Assembly (NCBI RefSeq): GCF_000018105.1
Contig: NC_009925.1
Coordinates: 2,130,001-2,162,000 of the forward strand
From: Acaryochloris marina MBIC11017
GTDB lineage: Bacteria; Cyanobacteriota; Cyanobacteriia; Thermosynechococcales; Thermosynechococcaceae
Direction: 5' to 3'
Length of the DNA: 32,000 bases
Shown: one piece after another, positions 8,539-17,093 of the stretch
Layout: every line of letters begins with the position of its first letter
How positions within the stretch are numbered: the stretch's first letter is position 1
Program-made: the position numbers and the translations under genes
The notes under the pieces: model-generated
Seen by the model: only the letters and a program-made list of their open reading frames with translations
Database searches by the model: none
Told to the model about the DNA's origin: nothing

Positions 8539-10581
8539 ATGTTTACACCCCATGAGATTTACTGCCCACTCCCGCAGTCTGAACAGGGGCTCTTGGGACG
8601 AACCCTACCGTCACTACTCGATGAAGCCTGCGAGCGTCATCCGAACGCCCAAGCTTTTAATCATTGGACGAAAGAAGGCTGGGAACCTGTCTCATCACAG
8701 GCATTCCGTACAACCACAGAAGAAATCGCTTTGGGTCTAAAAGAACTTGGGCTAGAGGCTGGAGATCGCATGGCCGTACTCATGCACAGTGATGTCAACT
8801 TCTGCCTGGCTGATATGGGCAGTTTGTTGGCCCACCTGATTAACGTCCCTATTTATATGGGTGAAACCCCAGAAAATATGGTGTTTATTATGCAGCATAG
8901 TGGTGCAAAAGCCCTTATGCTGTCTGATTTACAGGTGCTGCAGCACATTGCTCCTTGCCTACATGAGCTATCTACGCTGAAATTCGTTATTGTTGCCAAT
9001 GGCATAGACTCCAAATTCGGCGAGGATTCTTCGATAGAGCTTCAGACTACTCTTCCAGATAGCATTCAACTTGTGTCTTTGCCTTCCTTGCGGATATGGG
9101 GACAAGAGCAATTATCAGACCAATCCCGGAAGCGGTTGCGAGCTGAGATTTCACCTGAAGATGTGGCCACCATAGTTTATGTTGCTGGTGCGACGGGACG
9201 TTGTCAGGCCTTTAGAAGCCAGGTATTACCCATTTTTCAGGCAGTGACATCCCTTAGACAGCGGCTACAGCATGGTGCTCCCTACCTGTGCGAACTTCCA
9301 AAAGGGGTAATGCTCACCCATGAAAATTTGGCAGGGGATGCACTGGCCGCGTTTAGCATTATGCCGGGTCTTCGAACTGGCCCCCAAGAAACAGTCCTTT
9401 CTTTTCTGCCACTCACCCATGTTTTTGCTCGCGTCATGCTGTATGGGCACCTGAACCATGGCCACACTGTTTATTTCACGACTCCCCAACGAATCGTCAA
9501 GCATATTCGGGAGATCAGGCCCACTATCTTATCGACCGTGCCCCGCCTTTTAGAAAAGGTCTATCAAAAGATTCTGGAGCGAGGCCATCACCTGCCCCAT
9601 TTCCAGCAGATGATTTTCCAGTGGGCGATCGATCTAGCGCATAGATACCAATTGGGTTGCCAGTCGCATGGACTCTATGATTGGAAACTTAAACTAGCAG
9701 ACCAGTTAGTGTATCGCCAGTGGCGCAACGGGTTTGGGGGACGGCTTAGGTATCTCCTCTGTGGGGGGGCTGCCCTCAAGTCAGAGTTAGCTACCGTTTT
9801 GTCTGCTGCAGGGATTCCGGTCCTACAAGGGTATGGCCTTACGCAAACGAGTGCTGTGCTTTGTGTGAATCGCGGGGAACTGAATCGAGCTGGCACGGTA
9901 GGAGTGCCTATTCCTGGTGTTGAAATTGAGATCGCACCCGATGGCGAAGTCTTGGCTAAAGCGCCCTATGTGATGAAAGGCTATTACAACAATCCAGTGG
10001 CAACCCAAGAAGCCATTGACGCAGAAGGTTGGTTTCATACCGGCGACTATGGGGAGATAACCGATGAAGGGTTCTTGACCATTACCGGTCAGAAAAAAAG
10101 TCTTTTTAAGTTATCAACTGGCAAGTATGTGGCCCCTGAACGTATTGAGCATCATCTCGTGCAATCCTCGTTAGTAGACTGGGCTTTGGCGGTGGGTAAC
10201 CAGCGCCCTTACTGTGGTCTGCTGATTTTCCCCAATCGACGGAGACTGCACAGACTGGCAAAGAAGCTGGGGGTCCATCTTCCTCTCAACGAGATCGTAG
10301 ACCATCCGCAGATTATCGCTGAATATCAATTACTGGTCGATGCGGCTAATCAGAAACTCCCGGTGTGGTCAAGGGTGAAACGCTTTCGTCTGATACCTGA
10401 AACACTCACTGTTAGGCATGGATTACTGACATCCTCTCGACAACCCGATCGGGAGGCCACCTGTGCGGCCTTTGCTGAGGAGATTGAAGCACTATATGGC
10501 GCTGTTGTGCCTGCGATAACCCAGCCAGTTTCTCCCACTATTCCACCAACATCTGCATCGCTGAGGTTGGAAGCTTCTTAG
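8539..10581 (+). CDS. Long-chain fatty-acid--CoA ligase (ANL/AMP-binding superfamily) with an atypical, interrupted P-loop
   Basis: ANL core motifs are present: LPLTHVFAR, GYGLTQTSAV, GWFHTGDYGEI, GQKKSLFKLSTGKYVAPERIE. The expected TSGTTGxPKG motif reads YVAGATGR-(32 aa)-PKGVMLTHENL. The 680-aa size is typical of the bacterial long-chain acyl-CoA / acyl-ACP synthetase class. Confidence 0.8.
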   Translation: MFTPHEIYCPLPQSEQGLLGRTLPSLLDEACERHPNAQAFNHWTKEGWEPVSSQAFRTTTEEIALGLKELGLEAGDRMAVLMHSDVNFCLADMGSLLAHLINVPIYMGETPENMVFIMQHSGAKALMLSDLQVLQHIAPCLHELSTLKFVIVANGIDSKFGEDSSIELQTTLPDSIQLVSLPSLRIWGQEQLSDQSRKRLRAEISPEDVATIVYVAGATGRCQAFRSQVLPIFQAVTSLRQRLQHGAPYLCELPKGVMLTHENLAGDALAAFSIMPGLRTGPQETVLSFLPLTHVFARVMLYGHLNHGHTVYFTTPQRIVKHIREIRPTILSTVPRLLEKVYQKILERGHHLPHFQQMIFQWAIDLAHRYQLGCQSHGLYDWKLKLADQLVYRQWRNGFGGRLRYLLCGGAALKSELATVLSAAGIPVLQGYGLTQTSAVLCVNRGELNRAGTVGVPIPGVEIEIAPDGEVLAKAPYVMKGYYNNPVATQEAIDAEGWFHTGDYGEITDEGFLTITGQKKSLFKLSTGKYVAPERIEHHLVQSSLVDWALAVGNQRPYCGLLIFPNRRRLHRLAKKLGVHLPLNEIVDHPQIIAEYQLLVDAANQKLPVWSRVKRFRLIPETLTVRHGLLTSSRQPDREATCAAFAEEIEALYGAVVPAITQPVSPTIPPTSASLRLEAS

Positions 10582-10618
10582 GGATTTATTCCTTCCTAAT
10601 TTATGGAGGTTTGCTGTT

Positions 10619-13003
10619 ATGTTGAAACCATTTCGGACCGCTGCTGTTCTCGGTGCAGGGGTGATGGGCACTCAAATTGCCGCCCATCTCGCCAATGCAG
10701 GTTTAGTGGTTTATCTCCTGGATCTGCCTGGGCCTGGCGTCCATAAAAACGCGATTGTAGAAGCTGCTTTCAAAAAAGGTCTGCAGCAAAAACCGCCGAT
10801 TTTCTTTACCGAAAAAACAGCCCGCCGCGTTCTTCTGGGCAACTTTGAGGATGACTGGCATCGCCTAACCCATGTGGATTGGGTGATTGAGGCGGTAGTC
10901 GAAAAGTTAGAGGTCAAGCAACAGCTGATGGCCCGTTTAGAAGGCCACATTCGCGATGATGCAGTGGTGTCAACCAATACCAGTGGGTTATCCATTCAAG
11001 CGATTACTGCAGGTCGCTCCGATTCGTTCCGACGACGATTTCTAGGAACACACTTTTTTAATCCTCCGCGTTACCTGAAGCTCTTGGAACTGATTCCCAC
11101 CATAGAAACGGATCCACAAATTGTGGAGCGGCTGAAGTGGTTTGGACATCTCCATCTGGGGAAAGGGGTCGTGGTCGCCAAAGATACCCCTAACTTTATC
11201 GGCAATCGGATTGGTGTGTTTATCAGTATGTTAGGCATCCGAGCCTTTACGGAACAGGGGTACACCATTGAAGAAATTGATACGCTCACAGGAACCCTGG
11301 TGGGTCGTCCTAAATCTGCAACCTTCCGAACTGCAGATATTGTGGGTCTCGATACCTTACTGTATGTAGCTGAAAATCTCTATCCTGCCATCCCCGACGA
11401 TGAAAATCGTGATGTTTTCCAGGTGCCAGAGATTCTGAGGCGCTTAGTTGAGGCAGGACATCTCGGGTCCAAAACGGGTCAGGGCTTCTATCAAAAAGTG
11501 GGTAAACATATTCTCTCCGTTAACCCACAGACCCTGGCATACGAAAAGGCCCAGTCTCTGCATCTAAGGAACTGGAAGGCCATTGCCAAAATAAAACCCC
11601 TTCCCGAACGCCTGCGAACCCTCTATCAAGATTCCGGTCGAGCGGGAACATTTTTCCGGCAAATGATGCTGAAGATCTTGAGCTACAGTGCCCATCGGAT
11701 TCCTGAAATTGCCGATCATCCCCTCGACATTGATCAGGCTATGCGCTGGGGATTTGGTTGGCAGTTGGGTCCCTTTGAAATCTGGGATGCAATTGGTTTC
11801 AGTCAGGTGATCCAAGATATGCAGGCCGCCGGGATTGTTGTACCCCAGTGGGTAGAGAAAATGCAGCTTGCCGAGATTGATAGCTTCTATCAAAACATTG
11901 GTCCTAACGGGGAGCGGTTTGTCTATCAACCCCTGCATGGCTATCTACCCACGGAAGGGCCTCAAGATGAATTGACGGTGGCCCAGTTCAAGACTGATCC
12001 AGCCCGAACACTGTGGCAGAACGCCGAGGCGGCTTTGCTTGATATTGGCGATGGTGTAACGCTGTTTGAGTTTCGCTCTAAGGGCAATACCCTCGGTCAA
12101 GTGGTAGTAGACGGTTTCTCAGAAGCCTTAGATATCGTTGAGGCGGGCGACTATCGCGGCTTGGTGATTGGTAATGACGGGGAGCATTTTTCTGCTGGGG
12201 CCAACCTAGCAGACATGATCAAGTTCTCGCACCAAGACAAGGTCAATGTCTTTACAGATTGTGAGCATGGTGCCATTGCCCATCTCCTCGATCAGTTTCA
12301 GGCCCTGATGCTGCGAATTCACTATTTTCCCAAGCCGATTGTGGCAGCGATTCGAGGGCGAATCTTAGGGGGTGGCTGTGAGCTGGTGATGGCTTCTCCC
12401 CATGTGGTGGTAGCGGCTGAGACCTACATTGGTTTGGTGGAACTCAGCGTCGGTCTTATCCCCGGTGCAGGTGGCATTATGACCATGGCGACTTGGGCTG
12501 CTGAACAGGCTGCCAGTGATGCCCCCAGAGATATTCAGCCGTTTTTAAAGCAGGCTTTTGAGCATATTGGTATGGCAAAGGTGGCAAGCAGCGCCCATGA
12601 AGCTCAAGCGTGGGGATATTTACCTCCAACAGCTCAGATTGTTATGAATAGCGATCGCCGTTTGTACGTCGCCAAGGAAGAAGTGTTGCGCCTAGATCAT
12701 GAGAGCTACGTCCCCCCACCCAAACGCAATGCAATCCAGGTGTTGGGCAAACCAGCCCGCGCCCTGTTTGAAACGGCGGCCTACCAGATGCAGCAAGGAG
12801 GCTATATCTCTGACTATGATCGCTTCCTCGCCAATCGGTTGGCCTATGTATTGACAGGCGGTGATCTGTCAGCACCAACGTTGGTCTCTGATGATTATCT
12901 GCTGGGCTTAGAACGTGACATGTTCTTACCCCTGTTCTCAGAGAAGAAAACTCAGGAACGGATTCTGCATACGTTGAAAACGAAAAAGTCTTTACGGAAT
13001 TAG
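10619..13003 (+). CDS. fadN: Bifunctional 3-hydroxyacyl-CoA dehydrogenase (N-terminal) / enoyl-CoA hydratase (C-terminal), FadN-type domain order
   Basis: N-terminal part: AVLGAGVMGTQIA Rossmann motif, EAVVEKLEVKQ, VSTNTSGLSI, THFFNPPRYLKLLELIP. C-terminal crotonase fold: GEHFSAGANLADM, GGGCELVMAS, GLVELSVGLIPGAGG. GGAGG SD lies 9 nt upstream. The gene starts 37 nt after the ligase gene. Confidence 0.85.
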   Translation: MLKPFRTAAVLGAGVMGTQIAAHLANAGLVVYLLDLPGPGVHKNAIVEAAFKKGLQQKPPIFFTEKTARRVLLGNFEDDWHRLTHVDWVIEAVVEKLEVKQQLMARLEGHIRDDAVVSTNTSGLSIQAITAGRSDSFRRRFLGTHFFNPPRYLKLLELIPTIETDPQIVERLKWFGHLHLGKGVVVAKDTPNFIGNRIGVFISMLGIRAFTEQGYTIEEIDTLTGTLVGRPKSATFRTADIVGLDTLLYVAENLYPAIPDDENRDVFQVPEILRRLVEAGHLGSKTGQGFYQKVGKHILSVNPQTLAYEKAQSLHLRNWKAIAKIKPLPERLRTLYQDSGRAGTFFRQMMLKILSYSAHRIPEIADHPLDIDQAMRWGFGWQLGPFEIWDAIGFSQVIQDMQAAGIVVPQWVEKMQLAEIDSFYQNIGPNGERFVYQPLHGYLPTEGPQDELTVAQFKTDPARTLWQNAEAALLDIGDGVTLFEFRSKGNTLGQVVVDGFSEALDIVEAGDYRGLVIGNDGEHFSAGANLADMIKFSHQDKVNVFTDCEHGAIAHLLDQFQALMLRIHYFPKPIVAAIRGRILGGGCELVMASPHVVVAAETYIGLVELSVGLIPGAGGIMTMATWAAEQAASDAPRDIQPFLKQAFEHIGMAKVASSAHEAQAWGYLPPTAQIVMNSDRRLYVAKEEVLRLDHESYVPPPKRNAIQVLGKPARALFETAAYQMQQGGYISDYDRFLANRLAYVLTGGDLSAPTLVSDDYLLGLERDMFLPLFSEKKTQERILHTLKTKKSLRN

Positions 13004-13044
13004 GAGACTCAACCTTAGCCCTCACAAGAGACGAGGTACATCAA

Positions 13045-14226
13045 ATGAATAACGCATATATCGTCAGTAGTGTCCGCACTGCCGTTGGCAAAGCCCCCAA
13101 AGGTGCACTGCACCATAGCCGCCCCGATGACTTGGGTGCCGTTGCTGTTAAGGGCGCACTAGATACCGTCCCCAAACTTGAGATCGATCAAGTTGATGAT
13201 CTGATAATCGGCTGTTCCTTCCCTGAAGCTGAACAGGGGTTCAACTTGGGGCGCGTGATTGCCCTGCGGGCAGGGCTTCCCCACTCCGTTGCTGGCTGCA
13301 CCGTGAATCGCTTTTGTTCGTCGGGGTTACAAACCATTGTTATGGCCACGCAAGCGATTATGACAGGTCAGGCAGAGGTGATCGTGGCTGGGGGAGCTGA
13401 ATCTATGAGTCTGATCCCGATGGGGGGACATTACCTGACGCCCAATCCAGATCTACTGTCTGAGATTCCTGAAGCCTATTTATCGATGGGGCTAACGGCA
13501 GAGAATGTGGCCGAAGAATTCCAGATTTCTAGAACTGATCAGGATGCTTTTGCCTTGCGATCGCATCAAAAAGCCCTGGCTGCCCTTGAGAAGGGACGGT
13601 TCAAAGACGAGATTATTCCCTTTATGGTCAAGGCAACCACCTTAGTAGAAGGACAACTCCACACCACCCAAACCGTGTTCGACGTCGATGAAGGCCCCCG
13701 TGCTGACACCAGCCTTGAAGCCTTAGCTCAGCTCAAGCCGGTCTTTAAGGTCGATGGTACCGTCACGGCGGGCACCTCTTCCCAAATGTCGGATGGGGCA
13801 GCAGCAACAGTTGTAATGAGTGAGCGTAAGGTCAGAGAATTGGCCCTTGCACCGCTAGGCCGAATGCTGGGCTACTCCGTGGTAGGGGTACCACCGGAAC
13901 TGATGGGTATGGGTCCAGTGGAGGCAGTACCCAAGGTACTGAAGCAGGTGGGGTTATCCCTCAGTGATATTGGCTTGATTGAGCTGAATGAAGCCTTTGC
14001 GGCCCAGGCCTTAGCGGTTATGCGAAAGCTAGGTTTGGATGAAGGCATTGTCAATGTGAATGGTGGTGCGATCGCACTTGGTCACCCATTGGGCTGCACA
14101 GGAGCAAAATTGACTGCCACCCTACTGCATGAGATGAAGCGTCGGGGCATTCGCTATGGTCTGGTGACTATGTGTGTTGGAGGCGGCATGGGTGCTGCAG
14201 GTGTCTTTGAAAACTTGATGTTGTAG
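13045..14226 (+). CDS. fadA: 3-ketoacyl-CoA thiolase (acetyl-CoA C-acyltransferase), degradative type
   Basis: [23 protein letters not shown], active-site Cys in [39 protein letters not shown]. The gene starts 41 nt after fadN. Confidence 0.9.
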   Translation: MNNAYIVSSVRTAVGKAPKGALHHSRPDDLGAVAVKGALDTVPKLEIDQVDDLIIGCSFPEAEQGFNLGRVIALRAGLPHSVAGCTVNRFCSSGLQTIVMATQAIMTGQAEVIVAGGAESMSLIPMGGHYLTPNPDLLSEIPEAYLSMGLTAENVAEEFQISRTDQDAFALRSHQKALAALEKGRFKDEIIPFMVKATTLVEGQLHTTQTVFDVDEGPRADTSLEALAQLKPVFKVDGTVTAGTSSQMSDGAAATVVMSERKVRELALAPLGRMLGYSVVGVPPELMGMGPVEAVPKVLKQVGLSLSDIGLIELNEAFAAQALAVMRKLGLDEGIVNVNGGAIALGHPLGCTGAKLTATLLHEMKRRGIRYGLVTMCVGGGMGAAGVFENLML

Positions 14227-14268
14227 TTGTTTTGCTGTCTATGCTCAATGCTTTGCACTGGCCCCCTA

Positions 14269-14410
14269 CCCCCCCAATCCTGGGGGGAAAGATGCATAGA
14301 CCTGAGACTTCGCTTTTCCTTCTCTCTGAGTGCTCTCATTAAGGCGTGCAGCACATACAGGGTAAAACTCCAGACTTCATACTCCCCCCAAAGTTGGGGG
14401 GCCGGGGGGG
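14269..14410. repeat. Two copies of a G/C hairpin motif, CCCCCAA-N3-TGGGGGG, in the fadA-fadE spacer
   Basis: Copy 1 lies at 14269-14287 (core cccccaaTCCtgggggg). Copy 2 lies at 14384-14401 (core cccccaaAGTtgggggg) and is followed by CCGGGGGGG to 14410. The arms are identical and the loops differ. Neither copy has a U-tract. Confidence 0.5.
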
Positions 14411-14509
14411 CAATGCAGGGCTAAACGGCTCAACTCTCTAGTCCAATTCTCCAACTGGATATGCCGATTGTCCTAAATCAAATATTCGTCTGTTGCCATG
14501 GAGGTTGTT

Positions 14510-16984
14510 ATGACTGTTATCAATACTGTGATGGCGGATGGCCGACCGGAGATCATCGCACTCGCCACCCTCTCCCTAATCATCCTATTGGGATATATCG
14601 GTGTCCCACTGTGGGGCTGGTCGCTATTCGCTGCTGCAGTCCTCAGCCTCAGCCATCCACCAATCTGGATATGGAGTCTGTTTCTCGTCGTAGCGCTGGT
14701 GTTCAATGTCCCTTGGCTTCGCCAAAAACTACTCACGTCCTTCGTCGTAAAAACACTCCAAAATCTCAAAATCTTTCCCAAAATTTCAGAGACGGAGAAA
14801 GCTGCAATCGAAGCGGGGAACGTCTGGGTCGATGGTGAATTTTTCGCCGGGAAACCCAATTTTGAACGCATCCTTAACGAACCTTATCCCCAACTCACCC
14901 TTGATATCCAAGCTTTTCTAGATGGCCCTGTTGAGCAAGTCTGCCGGATGGCCAGTGACTGGGAAATCTATCAGCGCCAGGATCTTCCGCCCGACGTCTG
15001 GACTTATCTCAAACAAGAGCGGTTCTTTGGCATGATGATTCCCGAAGAATACGGAGGGCTGGGCTTCTCGAATCTGGCCTATAGTGCTGTAATGGCCAAA
15101 CTGGCCTCCCGCTCCTTTACCCATGTGGCGACAGTTGGCGTTACCAACTCTCTGGGGCCTGCTAAACTTCTACTTCGCTATGGCACCAAGGAGCAGAGAC
15201 ATCACTATTTACCTCGCTTAGCCAGGGGTGAAGAGATCCCCTGCTTTGCCCTCACGGAACCCAAAGCTGGATCAGATGCGGCCAGCATTACGTCTAGTGG
15301 AGTGGTGTTTAAGGGGGAGGATGATCAGCTCTACCTCAAACTCAATTGGAACAAGCGCTATATTACCCTGGGTGCCATTGCAACCATCCTTGGCCTTGCC
15401 TTCCAACTTCACGACCCTAACAATCTTCTGGGTAAAGGGGAACACCCTGGTATTACCTGTGCTCTGATACCGACCGAAACATCTGGCGTCATTCATAACC
15501 GTCGCCACGATCCCATGGGCGTCCCCTTCTATAACTCACCGTTAGAAGGCCACGACGTCATTGTCCCGATTGGGCAGATCATTGGTGGCATTGAACAAGC
15601 AGGTCAGGGTTGGAAAATGATCATGCAGACCCTGGCAGCGGGTCGTGGGATTAGCTTCCCAGCCACTTGTACAGGGGTGACTAAACTGGTGGCTCGCGTA
15701 GCAGGTGCCCATGCTGTGGTCCGCAAACAGTTTGGTTTATCCATTGGCCGCTTTGAAGGGGTTGAAGAACCTCTAGCCCGGATTGGGGGATTCACTTACA
15801 TGATTGATGCGGCCCGCCTCTATACCTGTGGCGCAGTAGATCAAGGCGAACAGCCTGCGGTGGTATCCGCAATCGCAAAATCCCAAACCACAGAACTAGC
15901 TCGTCGCGTCGTACTGGATGGAATGGATATTCTGGGGGGAGCCGGGATTTGTCGAGGGCCACGAAACCTATTAGCCAATATCTACACGGCCATGCCAATT
16001 GCCATTACCGTGGAGGGGGCAAATATTCTGACGCGATCGCTGATGATATTTGGCCAGGGTGCGATTCGCAGTCATCCTTATATTTACGATGAGATTTTAG
16101 CCTTAGAGCAGTCGGATGTAGCTGCCTTTGATCAGGCTTTCTGGTCTCACCTTGGCCTGATCGTCCGTAACGGCGTTCGGGCTGGTCTGTTATGCCTGAC
16201 GCGAGGGCGGCTCACTCGTTCTCCTGTCCAAGGCGAAACGGCAATGTACTATCGCAAGTTAGCCTGGGCTGCAGCGACCTTTGCTAACTTCAGTGATTTA
16301 GCCATGCTGTCATTGGGGGGTTCTCTGAAGCGTCGAGAAAAACTCACTGGGCGCTTTGCAGACATGCTTGCCTGGATGTATCTGGGGTCAGCAACACTCC
16401 GGCGCTTTGAAGCTGAAGGACAACAGGTGAAGGATTTACCCTTAGTGCATTGGCCGATGCAGTATGCCTTTTCCCAAATTCAAAAGGCAGTTGAAGGCGT
16501 GATCTATAATCTCCCGATCCTAAGTGCTGGCCTGCGCCACCCCATTTTAGGGCTGTGGCGACTGAGTCCCCTTGGAACAGAGCCATCTGATGAATTGGGG
16601 CATCAGGTTTCTCAGATCCTATTGATGCCTGGGCCGGAACGGGATCGACTCACTCGTGATATTTATCTTCCCAATCACACTGAAGAAGCGGTGGGTCGCC
16701 TGGAAGAAGCTTTACGCTTATCAGTGCAGACAGCCTCTATCCTTAAAACCATTAAGAATGCCATAGCAAGAGGGCAACTTCCTCCATCCAAACCTTCGCA
16801 GCTGGTCGATAAAGCCCTTGAGGAAGGAATCATCAACACTCAAGAAGCCAGATCTCTCCAAAAAGCGGAAATCTCACGTAGCAATACCATTCAAGTGGAC
16901 TCATTTACATTAGAGGAGTATCAACAGAGAGATGCCATAGCTGTGGACTCACCAATTTTCAAACAGGTCGTAACAGGAAGTTAG
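14510..16984 (+). CDS. fadE: Large membrane-anchored acyl-CoA dehydrogenase, E. coli FadE type
   Basis: Track ORF starts at 14498, but that ATG overlaps a GGAGG (14500-14504) placed 5 nt before ATG 14510, so 14510 is preferred. The N-terminus has two hydrophobic helices followed by ISETEKAAIEAGNVWVDGEFFAGKPNF, which parallels E. coli FadE. The ACAD core reads FALTEPKAGSDA, with a long C-terminal extension; the protein is about 824 aa. Confidence 0.85.
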   Translation: MTVINTVMADGRPEIIALATLSLIILLGYIGVPLWGWSLFAAAVLSLSHPPIWIWSLFLVVALVFNVPWLRQKLLTSFVVKTLQNLKIFPKISETEKAAIEAGNVWVDGEFFAGKPNFERILNEPYPQLTLDIQAFLDGPVEQVCRMASDWEIYQRQDLPPDVWTYLKQERFFGMMIPEEYGGLGFSNLAYSAVMAKLASRSFTHVATVGVTNSLGPAKLLLRYGTKEQRHHYLPRLARGEEIPCFALTEPKAGSDAASITSSGVVFKGEDDQLYLKLNWNKRYITLGAIATILGLAFQLHDPNNLLGKGEHPGITCALIPTETSGVIHNRRHDPMGVPFYNSPLEGHDVIVPIGQIIGGIEQAGQGWKMIMQTLAAGRGISFPATCTGVTKLVARVAGAHAVVRKQFGLSIGRFEGVEEPLARIGGFTYMIDAARLYTCGAVDQGEQPAVVSAIAKSQTTELARRVVLDGMDILGGAGICRGPRNLLANIYTAMPIAITVEGANILTRSLMIFGQGAIRSHPYIYDEILALEQSDVAAFDQAFWSHLGLIVRNGVRAGLLCLTRGRLTRSPVQGETAMYYRKLAWAAATFANFSDLAMLSLGGSLKRREKLTGRFADMLAWMYLGSATLRRFEAEGQQVKDLPLVHWPMQYAFSQIQKAVEGVIYNLPILSAGLRHPILGLWRLSPLGTEPSDELGHQVSQILLMPGPERDRLTRDIYLPNHTEEAVGRLEEALRLSVQTASILKTIKNAIARGQLPPSKPSQLVDKALEEGIINTQEARSLQKAEISRSNTIQVDSFTLEEYQQRDAIAVDSPIFKQVVTGS

Positions 16985-17093
16985 GCAAACAGGGTCCAAG
17001 GCTTCAAACATGAGATCTACTGTCAGACCTCATGGAAGTTCAACCGTGAACCCAAGGTGTAAAGGTTTTTGAGCTTGTGAACAGGACTATGGC

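Noticed and set aside
9188-9293. 6-bp direct repeat GTGCGA (9188-9193 and 9288-9293) flanking the P-loop insertion, as a possible target-site duplication
   Set aside because: The repeat is only 6 bp. Its spacing is 100 nt rather than 96 or 99, so the copies are not in register with the insertion boundaries. It is easily explained by chance.
14461-14871. Track ORFs 14461..14838 (+), 14473..14871 (-) and 14227..14424 (+)
   Set aside because: The first two overlap the FadE N-terminal membrane-anchor coding region in other frames. The third merely translates the two G/C hairpins (PPQSWG twice). None has an SD or recognisable motifs.
6825-17093. The lipid-catabolism block as a tRNA-Ser-integrated genomic island
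   Set aside because: No integrase or recombinase is present. I found no direct repeat of the tRNA 3' end near 8256-8538 or 16985-17093. HIP1 sites occur inside the block. HIP1-free gaps of 4-6 kb also occur over clearly native genes such as ndhAIGE and polA, so the gap at 6740-12650 is not informative.
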